From Octopus vulgaris (Eukaryota), in the NCBI GenBank assembly GCA_951406725.2, contig OX597838.1:21514001-21578000 (forward strand): DNA of 64,000 nt. Direction: 5' to 3'. The position numbers and the translations under genes are program-made. The notes under the pieces are model-generated. The model did not search any database. It was not told the DNA's origin and saw only the letters and a program-made list of their open reading frames with translations. This document shows positions 26,848 through 38,730 of the stretch, piece after piece; the first letter of the stretch is position 1; each line of letters opens with the position of its first letter.

Positions 26848-27789
26848 TTTAGGAACAGAAATTCATAGAGGATTATGAGAAACGGTATCGATGTCTGTAA
26901 CTGACGAAGCGCAACAACGCAGAAACACGTGTCCTACGCATTTCTGCGTCGTCATACCTCTGCTGGATGCGTTTCCACACAGGTTGTCTATGAGGACGGT
27001 TTCTTTTTCGAGATAGGTACTGCAGCGAGGGTCTTTCCACGTTCACTAATATATGAACGTGTTAAATATAACTATACACACATATATATTTTTTTATTGT
27101 TGCTGCTTAATAAGTAATACATACATACATACATACATACATACATACATACATACATACATACATACATACATACATACATACATACATACATACATAC
27201 ATACATACATACATACATACATACATACATACATACATAAGACATACGTATACATACATACATACATACATACATACATACATACATACATACATGCATG
27301 CATACATACATACATACATACATAAATACATACATACATGCACACATAATCCTACAAATATCACGTTATCTGGAACTGTAAAAATGTGTAAAACCTTCTT
27401 AAGATTTGAAAGATGATGAACAAAACAAGATATTCTCCTTCACAACCTTGCTACCAAGTAGGTGGTCGGTGAAAATTCACTCTAAATTAGAAAGAGAGGG
27501 AGAACATATACATATATACACACACACGTGTGTGTGTGTGTGTGATATCGTGATAATGTGATTTATGGTTCTGTGGTTATCAGAAACGCCGGAGACCGTT
27601 TAAATATTTTGTTAGAAAATTGCATACGGACAGCTTAAAAATAAATAGACACCTTCAGTTTGGGAAGAATTACTTCTAAAAACAAAGTAATTATCGTTTT
27701 AATGCGTTTAAATACTTAATTTAGTTATTTTCTGGAACTGGATCTCGAAGCACATATAAAGTTATAAAAAAATAGCATGTGAATAACGA

Positions 27790-28000
27790 TTTCAAATTTT
27801 GGCACAAGGCAAGCAATATCGGGGAGGGGATAAACCGATTACATCGACCCCAGTGCTCGGCAGGTACCAATTTTATCGACCGCGAAAGGATGAAAGGCAA
27901 AGCCGACTTCGGTAAAATTTGAACTCAGAACGTAATGAGGGGCGAAACGTCGCTAAGCATTTTCCTGACGTGCTAACGATTCTACCAACTCGCCGACTTA
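27790..28000 (-). mobile_element. SINE family B (variant tail)
   Basis: Core present; tail CCTTGTGCCAAAATTTGAAA. Confidence 0.75.
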
Positions 28001-28262
28001 TAGCATATAAATATTGGATTGAAAGAACCTCTTTTGGGTTCAGAAAGGTCGAAGGTTGCTCGTGAAACTGGAACCAGCATCTCCTGTACACATGACAGGC
28101 GTTCTACCATTGTACCAAAGCAATCCATCACAATTCTCCGTTCATTTCAGGAACTTCGTTCTTACCAGCGAGCATTGTATGTTGTTGACGCCATAAGAAT
28201 TTATAAACTTAGAATGATTCATTTATGGAATTGGATCTCGAAGTTTGTATAAAGCTATAAGT

Positions 28263-28832
28263 CAGTGGTTCTCAACCGGGGTCTATGTGACTCCTGAGGG
28301 TACATTGTAAGGATTTTGGAGGTCCAGATAAGCAGAATAGTAAATTGGGGATCCACAGTCATATTTTAAGGGTCGATGAAAAAAAAAATGTTGCTTTAGA
28401 TGCGGTTCGACAAAAAAGACCGACAGAATAAGTACTAGATATAAGGAAAAAGGCCCGGGATAGATTTGTGCGACCAAAATCCTTCAAGGTGGTGCTCCAG
28501 TATGGCCACAGTCAAATGACTGAAATAAGCAAGAGGATAAAAGAAATTGCAAGAAGCAACTAGTTTTCTTTAACATTTTAAATAATCCAACATGTTTCCA
28601 GCCAATGAAACATGTTCTTTCAGAGAGCCCCATGGCAAACCGACAGAAGTGAACGTGTGAAAAACAAAATAACGATTTTGAAATAACTAACTGCAAAACT
28701 TGTTTTCAACCATCGAATGGTTATGGGGTTCCACATGAATAAAACAGCAATCCAATTAATTAATACGATAGTAATCAATAGTAATGAAAGGGGTCGATAG
28801 ATGAAAAAAAAGAAAAGGGTTGAGAAGCGTTG
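28263..28832. mobile_element. hAT-type MITE with nested SINE 3' fragment
   Basis: TIRs CAGTGGTTCTCAACC / GGTTGAGAAGCGTTG and exact 8-bp TSD CTATAAGT (28255-28262, 28833-28840). SINE tail nested at ~28403-28545. Confidence 0.85.
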
Positions 28833-28852
28833 CTATAAGTAATAGCTTCAAC

Positions 28853-29010
28853 CGTGGCTATGTGGTAAGAAGTTTGCTTCCCAACCACATGGTTCCAGGT
28901 TCAGTCTCACTGCCTGGCACCTTAGGCAAGTGTCTTCCACTATAGGTTCGGGCCGATAAAAGCCTTGTGAGTGGATTTGGTAGACGGAATCTGAAAGAAG
29001 GCCGTAGTAT
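28853..29010 (+). mobile_element. SINE family A, 5' half
   Basis: GTGGCTATGTGGTAAGAAG...GAAAGAAGGCCG. Confidence 0.8.
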
Positions 29011-29048
29011 ATAGACATATACATATACATATACACATACATATACAT

Positions 29049-29099
<51 letters not shown>

Positions 29100-29101
<2 letters not shown>

Positions 29102-29308
29102 AATATGTGACCGCGTGTGTATCGTTGGCGATTTTTTTCCTCTGTCTTCCCTTGGATCTTTCATTTTCCTATGTTTCTGACGAATAGCTCCGCTCGAAAC
29201 GTTAAATCCTCCATTTTTCTTTCCTTTCCTGAGAGTCCAATAACACTGTACTTGTTCCATGTCCTCGCGTTGTTGTGTTTTCTCTTTGTGTTTTCATGTT
29301 TGGATTAA

Positions 29309-29310
<2 letters not shown>
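29100..29310 (+). mobile_element. Short microsatellite-embedded element with hammerhead-like motif (subfamily 2)
   Basis: GTTT-CTGACGA-A-TAGC(TCC)GCTC-GAAA-CG-TT-AAAT at ~29173-29207; ends TTTGGATTAA before the microsatellite. Confidence 0.65.
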
Positions 29311-29402
<92 letters not shown>

Positions 29403-29560
29403 GTAAGTGCTGTGGTTTTACTGGGATCTCCCTTTTAAGTAGAAAGAATAGCCAATGATTATTCCAAAATAGCAAATGATTATTCCAAATTAATTAATTT
29501 CACCCTTTATTATTATTATTGATAATTATATTATTATATATATATATATATATATACACA

Positions 29561-29683
29561 CGAGGGGTGTATGAAAAGTTTTCAGTCTTTAAGGCCTTTG
29601 AACCTTGAAGTGTTGTACCTTCATCAGAAGTCTTGTACAATGTTTTGCTTTTTTGAGGCTCAAGACTTTTCATACACCCCTCG
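29561..29683. mobile_element. 123-bp mariner-type MITE
   Basis: Perfect TIRs CGAGGGGTGTATGAAAAGT / ACTTTTCATACACCCCTCG, followed by TA. Confidence 0.85.
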
Positions 29684-29699
29684 TATATCTTTATATATA

Positions 29700-29968
29700 T
29701 GTATAGAGCGAAAACACCTAAAAGCTCCACGATGCTCCGGGAGGGGTTGGTGGCGAACCCTGCTGTATTCTTTCACCACAACATTCTCTCACTCTTTCTG
29801 TTGTACCTGTGTTTCAAAGGGTTAGCCTTGTCACGCTCTGTGTCTCCCCTGTGAAAGTACGTTAAGGATACACGTGTCTCAGCCACTTTACACGTTCATT
29901 TCACGAGCAGGCTTTTCCGTTGATCGGATCAGCTGGAACCCACGTCGTCGTAACCGACGGGGTGCCAT
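29700..29968 (+). mobile_element. SINE family C, headless
   Basis: GAGCGAAAACACCTAAAGCTCCACG...CGTCGTAACCGACGG. Confidence 0.8.
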
Positions 29969-29975
29969 GACGATG

Positions 29976-30014
<39 letters not shown>

Positions 30015-30229
30015 GCACATACATACATACATACATACATACATGCATGCATACATACATACATACATAGATACATACATACATGCATGCATGCATGCAT
30101 TCATGCATGCATGCATTCATGCATACATACATACATACATGCATACATGCATACATACATACATACATACATACATGCATACATGCATACATACATACAT
30201 ACATACATACATACATACATACATACATG

Positions 30230-30286
<57 letters not shown>

Positions 30287-30287
<1 letters not shown>

Positions 30288-30523
30288 GCTGAAAGGTCGT
30301 CGTTTTAACACCGTTGACGAAATCCAGGGTGAGCTGCAGAAGGTCCTCCAGTTTGCTTATGGAAAACGACTTGCAGGCCCACATTCGAAAAGTGGTATGG
30401 ACGCTGGGGCCGGTCTATTGCTGTACAAGGAGACTATTTCGAAGGAGGTGATGCTAAAACTTAAGTAACAGTTATTTCGTATTAAACACAACGAGGCCGG
30501 GAACATTTTGATACCACCACGTA
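30287..30523 (+). mobile_element. mariner transposase C-terminal fragment plus right TIR
   Basis: [13 protein letters not shown]...(frameshift)...KWYGRWGRSIAVQGDYFEG; ends CGGGAACATTTTGATACCACCACG-TA. Confidence 0.8.
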
Positions 30524-30524
30524 T

Positions 30525-30573
<49 letters not shown>

Positions 30574-30581
<8 letters not shown>

Positions 30582-31487
30582 AAAAAAGGTTTGAAAATGC
30601 AATTTAAACGATGTTTATTTACTTAACCGGTTTCACTCTTTGGTAAAAGATTGTCAAAAGTTACATTTAAGGAAACATTGAATAATATGGGTTCAAAAAA
30701 GTTTTTTACATAATTGTCACATTGAATATTATGCATTCAAAAAAGTTTTTTACATAATTGTCACATTGGATATTATGGGTTCAAAAAAAGTTTTTTACAT
30801 AATTGTCACATTGAATATTATGCATTCAAAAAAGTTTTTTACATAATTGTCACATTGGATATTATGAATTCAAAAATGTTTTTTTATACATAATTGTCAC
30901 ATTATTTGGGAAAATTTGGCAGAAAAGGATAAAACAAATATATTATTGGGAATTGGTTGCGTTAATTATTGGTTGTCGCAAATTGTCACATTACATGTAT
31001 ATATATACAATCTTTGGTATATATATACAGCGTTTTGACAGCAAAAATTAAAATGGATTTTTTGTACATCTCAGAATATTTTAAGTATGTTTTTACTGAC
31101 CTGTCAGTATTAGCAGAAAGGCTGAACTGAGAGAACAGAAGAAGTAGCCAATGTGGTGTATACTTCCCCTTTATGCATGAATGATTTTGGGGTTATCAGG
31201 AGGTTAGTATGCGGGTGTGAATAGATGTGTCCGTGCCTGCTGGTCAGACAGCGTCTGTTTGTCACACACATATATATACACACAAACACACACACACACA
31301 ACAACACACACACACACACACATAGTATACAAACACACACCACATACAAACAACACACACACACACAGAACACACACACCCACACCCACACACAACGCAC
31401 CCACATATATCACATATACACACAGCACACAAATATAACATGTATCTGTATATAACATACACAGATATATAACACACATACACACAC

Positions 31488-31522
<35 letters not shown>

Positions 31523-32053
31523 CACGCACACATACATACATAATATAAATATCACACAAATACACCTAGCATATATATACACACATACAATACACACATA
31601 CAGCATGTAAGTAATATACATACACAATATATGCATGCAATATACATACGGAATACATACATATAATATATATATATATAGACAATGCATATACATATAT
31701 ACACATATACATATAAATAGTGTTTACATACACATACATAGATGTACCACATATACACACAACACACATACATACAATGCATACACATACACGTACGCAT
31801 ACATATAATATATATATACACACACACACACATAACATACATACACACACAATGCATACATATATATACACGCAATGCATATACATGTATTCATGCACAT
31901 ATAGCACACCTACAATATACATATATACAGTGCACACATACACACAAATATATACACTTAATTGTACACGTACATATACAATACACATACATACAATATA
32001 CATATACACAATGCGCATGCAAATAATGTACATGTTTCTACACACATAAACAT
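30574..32053 (-). repeat. Left arm of ~1.48-kb inverted repeat
   Basis: Starts TATATAAGAAAAAAGGTTTGAAAATGC and ends CTACACACATAAACAT. It is the reverse complement of 34585-36063; mirrored ORFs in the track (e.g. 31110..31406- vs 35238..35528+) confirm this. Confidence 0.97.
30621..30661 (-). ncRNA. Mirror copy of the pLTR hammerhead-like motif
   Basis: Reverse complement of 35976-36016 within the left arm. Confidence 0.6.
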
Positions 32054-32128
32054 AAAAACTCTGTATCTCTCCTTTTAGAGGATACCACATACTACGAAAG
32101 AGTAGTCGACTACCAGAAATCCAAAACA

Positions 32129-33877
32129 ATGACCAATCTGAAGGCACTCATTTACCAACACCGGAATGACTTGACAGCAAAGGAATGCGACTACATTACT
32201 AAATTTAATTGCAAAACCAGCACACTCTATGGGCTTCCAAAAATACACAAGAGTCAAATTATCACAGAAGCTTGCAAAAAGTCCACTTCAACCTGCATCA
32301 CTATACCACATCCCACTGATCTCAAACTGAGACCAATAGTGGCAGGCCCAAGTTGTGAAATACACAGACTTAGCAACTTTATAGATATCATCTTAAAGCC
32401 AATACTGAAACACATTCCAAGTATTGTAAGAGATGACCTGGACCTATTAAACCATCTCCCCAAACATGCCGATAAAGACACCTTAATCGTTTCTTTTGAT
32501 GTTATTAATCTTTACACCACAATCCCACATGAATTTGGACTGGAAGCCATTAAATTCTGGCTGGATAAATATCCCAATGAGATCCCGGAAAGAATTAAAA
32601 AAGAATTCATAATTGAGGGCCTCAAATTTATTCTGCAAAACAACTTCATGTATTTCCACAACAACACTTACAGACAGGTCTCAGGGACTGCAATGGGTAC
32701 GAAAGTTGCACCTACCTATGCAAACCTGGTGATGGCCTACCTGGAATCACATTTCTATGAAAAATCCAAATATAAGTACGGCCAGTCTTTCCACAAATAC
32801 CTGTTGGAGAACTGGAAACGCTACTTAGATGATTGCCTCATCCTATGGTCCCACACACTCGACCAACTTATAGACTTCAAAAACCTTATCAACAGTGTAA
32901 ATAACAACATTCAATTCACAATGGAATATAGTCAGGACCAACTCCCTTTTCTTGACATCCTAATCATTAAAAAAGGCGTCAACATTGAAACTGACATCCA
33001 TTACAAACCCACTGACTCTAAACAATACCTTCTATTCACCTCCAATCACCCAAAACACACAAAGACAAATATCCCCTTCAACCTAGCGAGAAGAATCTGC
33101 ACTATTGTCTCAAATGACACAACACGAAATAGAAGACTCCGGGAACTAAGGGCAATTCTTCTCGAAAGACATTACCCGGCATCACTAGTAGACAACGGAA
33201 TAGAACGGGCCAAATCAATCAACATTCAAGACCTTCGAAAACCCAAACACATCCACAGTACAGTCAATAGCCTCCCTTATCTCTCAACACACAACCCAAG
33301 GAATGCAGAAGCTTACACTATTATATACAACAACATTCCACAACTAAATCAAGACCCACGCCTGAAAAAAATACTGGCAGCTCATAAAATAATAAAAAGT
33401 AAGAGACAACCTAAATCCCTAAAAAACCTCCTCACCAACGCAAAATTACACAACACAAACCCACCGCCCACCATCAAAAAATGTGGTCGCCCCAACTGTA
33501 AGACCTGCATCCACCTCATTGAGGGATCGTCGTACAAGTTCCACTCGGGACACACATTCATCATAAAAAATAACTTCACGTGCGCATCAAAAAATTTACT
33601 CTACGTCATAAGGTGTGAAGGATGCCACGAAGACTACATAGGGCAAACGAGCCTTACCCTCAGAGACAGAATGACAGTTCACCGACAACAACTGAGGGAC
33701 CCCTCCACAAGACAGATACCACTAAGTGGACACTTAGACCTTTGTGCACACAATAAGTCCCCCAAATTCTTAGTCTTCCCACTATACCAATGCTCGGACA
33801 ACACCACAGACCAAACACGAATAAATAAGGAAAGTAATCTTATTCAAAAATACAGACCACAACTAAACATACTCTAA
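32129..33877 (+). CDS. Penelope-like retroelement polyprotein: reverse transcriptase + C-terminal GIY-YIG endonuclease (Neptune-like), 5'-truncated
   Basis: Uninterrupted 582-aa ORF with PLE RT motifs LYGLPKIHK, LRPIVAG, SFDVINLYT, GTAMGTKVAPTYANL, WKRYLDD, LPFLD, YKPTD..YL...SNHP. A CGRPNCKTC linker precedes the GIY-YIG region NLLYVIRCEGC...YIGQT...RMTVH. The frame stays open upstream to the repeat junction at 32054 (KNSVSLLLEDTTYYERV...), so the listed ATG is probably internal. Confidence 0.95.
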   Translation: MTNLKALIYQHRNDLTAKECDYITKFNCKTSTLYGLPKIHKSQIITEACKKSTSTCITIPHPTDLKLRPIVAGPSCEIHRLSNFIDIILKPILKHIPSIVRDDLDLLNHLPKHADKDTLIVSFDVINLYTTIPHEFGLEAIKFWLDKYPNEIPERIKKEFIIEGLKFILQNNFMYFHNNTYRQVSGTAMGTKVAPTYANLVMAYLESHFYEKSKYKYGQSFHKYLLENWKRYLDDCLILWSHTLDQLIDFKNLINSVNNNIQFTMEYSQDQLPFLDILIIKKGVNIETDIHYKPTDSKQYLLFTSNHPKHTKTNIPFNLARRICTIVSNDTTRNRRLRELRAILLERHYPASLVDNGIERAKSINIQDLRKPKHIHSTVNSLPYLSTHNPRNAEAYTIIYNNIPQLNQDPRLKKILAAHKIIKSKRQPKSLKNLLTNAKLHNTNPPPTIKKCGRPNCKTCIHLIEGSSYKFHSGHTFIIKNNFTCASKNLLYVIRCEGCHEDYIGQTSLTLRDRMTVHRQQLRDPSTRQIPLSGHLDLCAHNKSPKFLVFPLYQCSDNTTDQTRINKESNLIQKYRPQLNIL

Positions 33878-34062
33878 CATACCCCCTGGAAGCACATCCA
33901 GAGCAAGCACACAGGGACGCGCGCACGCTCACAGCATATCGTGCGGGCGGGCACATGCGCGCATCGGCACGCATAGGACACACTAGCGGGCATTGACCGC
34001 ACACATACGTGGCATGCACACGCATGCATTATATATATGTAGGTGATGTATGTGTGTGAGTG

Positions 34063-34098
<36 letters not shown>

Positions 34099-34269
34099 AC
34101 TGTGTGCGTGTGTGTGTATATGTGTGTGTGCGCGCGTTGTATGTGTGTGTGTGTGTGCACGTGTGTATATATGTGTGTGTGTGTGTGCACTGTGTGCGGG
34201 TGTGTGTGTATGTGTGTGTGTGTGTGTGTGAGCATTGTGTACGTGTGTATGTATTTACATATGTATCTG

Positions 34270-34314
<45 letters not shown>

Positions 34315-35117
34315 TGTGTGTGTATATGCATGGTATGTGTGTATATGTTAGTACTTTGTTTGTGTGTATGTGCGGCATGTAGAGATATATTTGAGTGTGT
34401 ACGCTATAGGTTTGTAATTTGTGTGTGTGGGGGTGGTGAATTTTTTATATATATATATGTGTGTGTATGTGTGTGAAAAAATATATGTATGTGCATGTAT
34501 GTATGTATGTATGTGTGTATATATATATATATATGTGTATATATATGTGTGTGTGTGTATGTGTGTGTGTGTATATTTATTTGCATGTTTATGTGTGTAG
34601 AAACATGTACATTATTTGCATGCGCATTGTGTATATGTATATTGTATGTATGTGTATTGTATATGTACGTGTACAATTAAGTGTATATATTTGTGTGTAT
34701 GTGTTCACTGTATATATGTATATTGTAGGTGTTATATATGTGCATAAATACATGTATATGCATTGCGTGTATATATATGTATGCATTGTGTGTGTATGTA
34801 TGTTATGTGTGTGTGTGTGTATATATATATTATATGTATGCGTACGTGTATGTGTATGCATTGTATGTATGTGTGTTGTGTGTATATGTGGTACATCTAT
34901 GTATGTGTATGTAAACACTATTTATATGTATATGTGTATATATGTATATGCATTGTCTATATATATATATATTATATGTATGTATTGCGTATGTATATTG
35001 CATGCATATATTGTGTATGTATATTACTTACATGCTGTATGTGTGTATTGTATGTGTGTATATATATGCTAGGTGTATTTGTGTGATATTTATATTATGT
35101 ATGTATGTGTGCGTGTG

Positions 35118-35156
<39 letters not shown>

Positions 35157-35734
35157 GTGTGTGTATGTGTGTTATATATCTGTGTATGTTATATATAGAT
35201 ACATGTTATATTTGTGTGCTGTGTGTATATGTGATATATGTGGGTGCGTTGTGTGTGGGTGTGTGTGTTCTGTGTGTGTGTGTGTTGTTTGTATGTGGTG
35301 TGTGTTTGTATACTATGTGTGTGTGTGTGTGTGTTGTTGTGTGTGTGTGTGTTTGTGTGTATATATATGTGTGTGACAAACAGACGCTGTCTGACCAGCA
35401 GGCACGGACACATCTATTCACACCCGCATACTAACCTCCTGATAACCCCAAAATCATTCATGCATAAAGGGGAAGTATACACCACATTGGCTACTTCTTC
35501 TGTTCTCTCAGTTCAGCCTTTCTGCTAATACTGACAGGTCAGTAAAAACATACTTAAAATATTCTGAGATGTACAAAAAATCCATTTTAATTTTTGCTGT
35601 CAAAACGCTGTATATATATACCAAAGATTGTATATATATACATGTAATGTGACAATTTGCGACAACCAATAATTAACGCAACCAATTCCCAATAATATAT
35701 TTGTTTTATCCTTTTCTGCCAAATTTTCCCAAAT

Positions 35735-35962
35735 AATGTGACAATTATGTATAAAAAAACATTTTTGAATTCATAATATCCAATGTGACAATTATGTAAA
35801 AAACTTTTTGAATGCATAATATTCAATGTGACAATTATGTAAAAAACTTTTTTTGAACCCATAATATCCAATGTGACAATTATGTAAAAAACTTTTTTGA
35901 ATGCATAATATTCAATGTGACAATTATGTAAAAAACTTTTTTGAACCCATATTATTCAATGT
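35735..35962 (+). repeat. ~44-bp tandem minisatellite in the PLE 3' UTR (mirrored at ~30675-30902)
   Basis: About five copies of CAATGTGACAATTATGTAAAAAACTTTTT(T)GAA[TG/CC]CATAATAT[T/C], with alternating variants. Confidence 0.9.
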
Positions 35963-35975
35963 TTCCTTAAATGTA

Positions 35976-36016
35976 ACTTTTGACAATCTTTTACCAAAGA
36001 GTGAAACCGGTTAAGT
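35976..36016 (+). ncRNA. Minimal type I hammerhead ribozyme-like motif (U3-A8 core variant) in PLE pLTR
   Basis: ACTT-TTGACAA-TCTTT(TACC)AAAGA-GT-GAAA-CCGG-TT-AAGT: stem I ACTT/AAGT, stem II hairpin (2-nt offset before GAAA), palindromic stem III ACCGGT. Confidence 0.6.
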
Positions 36017-37378
36017 AAATAAACATCGTTTAAATTGCATTTTCAAACCTTTTTTCTTATATAATCCCACTCGTGCGATACCCCACAACTCAACTTTTTT
36101 ATATATATATATGTATATATATATACATATATATATACATATATATATATTAGAGGGAAACTACTATGTGGACACCCTTATGCTAGAAATAGATCCATTT
36201 TGGTCTTACCACTAAACAGTTCTAGCGCGCCAAAACGAGGACATTTGAATAGTAACCACGAGTGTAAATGGTATAGCTGTGTAGAAGTCTGACTTTGTGC
36301 GCACGTCAGAGTATGCAGTTCTGCAAATTATATTCATTTGTACGGTCACACCGAAGATCTACGGACATCTTACGTAAGTAAAGTTACGTAATATGGTGAT
36401 AGTGAAACATGTATGTGAATAATCCTTGTAGCAGGTCATACTTTTGTTTTGGAGATGAGGATCAAATGCTTGTGGTAGGCGAGAATAGATGTAATGATAT
36501 ATCGATCTTGGGAAGATGAGGGTCAAAATTGACCTCGACAAGATTAGAACACATTCAATAAACAGTTAAAAAACAACAACAAAAAGCAGCAAAATATTTA
36601 GTGTAGCTTGTTGACGTTAGAAATTTAGAAACTTCGAGAGAACGTGAAATAAATCCTTTTTGTAACGGTGGAACTCGAAGTAGATAAAGCTAAAAAAATA
36701 ACAATAGCGTGTAAACGATTGGCTTTTAACACGTTATTTACAAGCAGATATTTCTAGCTTTATCCGCTTCTAGTTTCACCGTTCCACAAAAGATAGCAGC
36801 TTGACGATTCGGCAAATGTGAGCATTCAAATACTCTACTTAGACGACGCCCAAATGCATACATTTATATACACATTTCTCTTGCGATGGAGGTGCGTAAA
36901 ATTGTTTTACAGCCATGAGGTGAGACGATTATGACCGGGATGCGAAGAGCAAACCGGTTGTTCAGTTCAGCCACAAGCTTGACCTCGCTTCTCTCTCTCT
37001 CTGTATATCTCTTTCTCTCTCTCTTTGTGTATCTCTTTCTCTCTCTCTCTCTCTCTGTCTATCTCTTTCTCTCTCTTTCTTTCTCTTTCTCTCCACTTTG
37101 CTATCAATTCTATTATTAGTCACAATAATACTTCCGGTGTGCAGGCTGGAAGTAACCTTTATGTTACAGAAAGTCTTCAAAAAAAAAAAAAAAAAAAGAA
37201 AGTAAGAAAGAGAAAGTAAAAAAAAACAATAAAACAGAAAAAAAGTGAGAAGTGGATGTTAATATTCCTGCTTCTAATTAATTTCAACATCATGTGACTT
37301 ACTTCCCCTCGCAACATACACACACACACACACAAACGCACGCACACACATACATAAACACACACAAAGAAGGCATGT

Positions 37379-37424
<46 letters not shown>

Positions 37425-37477
37425 CTTTATATATCTATATACACACATATACTTAGACTTACACATATCTGAACATC

Positions 37478-37542
<65 letters not shown>

Positions 37543-37629
37543 ATAGACTTTGACACACACGCATGCACGAGTGCATAATTGTAGAACCGTATTTTAACAG
37601 ACTGAGACGTATATAGCAATTACGCACAC

Positions 37630-37696
<67 letters not shown>

Positions 37697-37889
37697 GAAA
37701 GCAAACAAACACACACGCACTAAATACCTATTTCTACAAAATATGAAACTAGTGTTTTTGCCATTACAATACAATATTGCAAATCTTAAAAATCTAATGT
37801 TCAAAATTAAGATTCCTCGTTTTGTGTATGAACATGAGTGTGTGTGTGTATGTGTGTGGTGTGGACATGGCTGAATACATACATACATA

Positions 37890-37954
<65 letters not shown>

Positions 37955-38085
37955 CCATATTTTTAGTACATGTTGGCTACTTGATAAAATCTTATGATTT
38001 TATCCTTAATTATATATATATGTATGTATATATGTGTATATATATAATTAATTAATTATATATATATATACACACATATTCATAG

Positions 38086-38120
<35 letters not shown>

Positions 38121-38136
38121 CATACATATATATATG

Positions 38137-38206
<70 letters not shown>

Positions 38207-38449
38207 AATATATATCTATATACATATATATGTTTCTTTATTACCCACAAGGGACTAAACATAAAGGGGACAAACAAGGACAGACAAACGGATTAAGACG
38301 ATTACATCGACCCCAGTGCTTAACTGGTACTTAATTTATCGACCCCGAAAGGATAAAAGGCAAAGTCGACCTCGGCTGGAAGAAGACTATCGTATACATA
38401 CATACATATATATATATATGTACATATATATATATATATGTATATATAT

Positions 38450-38666
38450 TCACCATGTGTACTTCGTAAACACCAGTCGTTTTTTTCTCCATCTCTTGTT
38501 GCCCACTTTGGGATCTTTCTTTCCTCTCTCTTCCTTCTTTATGTTTCCGACGAAGAGCTCCGCTCGAAACGCCATACCTTCCTGCTTCCATATTTCCTGA
38601 GCGCCTATTAATAATAATACTGTAATTGTTCCACTGTTGTTGTTTTTTTGTTTTCCCGTTTGGATT

Positions 38667-38672
<6 letters not shown>
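38450..38672 (+). mobile_element. Short (TA)n-embedded element with hammerhead-like motif (subfamily 2)
   Basis: GTTTCCGACGAAGAGCTCCGCTCGAAACG at ~38543-38571; ends TTTGGATTAA then (TA)n. Confidence 0.6.

Positions 38673-38730
<58 letters not shown>

Larger units (their letters stand above)
34585..36063 (+). repeat. Right arm of ~1.48-kb inverted repeat (element 3' UTR / pLTR)
   Basis: Starts ATGTTTATGTGTGTAGAAACATG and ends GCATTTTCAAACCTTTTTTCTTATATA. Differs from the left arm by a few substitutions and small microsatellite indels. Confidence 0.97.
30574..36100 (+). mobile_element. Penelope-like element with inverted pseudo-LTR arrangement, inserted in (TA)n
   Basis: Layout: inverted copy of the 3' region (30574-32053), truncated ORF, long 3' UTR (33878-36063), unpaired tail ATCCCACTCGTGCGATACCCCACAACTCAACTTTTTT (36064-36100). 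(TA)n lies on both sides. Confidence 0.9.

Noticed and set aside
30675-30902. ~44-bp repeat array as a possible CRISPR array
   Set aside because: No spacers; it is a tandem minisatellite within the PLE inverted arm.
35437-35490. Second hammerhead-like motif CTGATAA-CCCC...GGG-GAAG in the PLE 3' UTR
   Set aside because: C3-A8 mismatch, GAAG instead of GAAA, and no stem I.
30574-36063. DNA transposon or Polinton with long TIRs
   Set aside because: The enclosed ORF is RT + GIY-YIG, not a transposase or integrase. It is cut at the repeat junction, and one arm has an unpaired tail, matching PLE inverted pLTRs.
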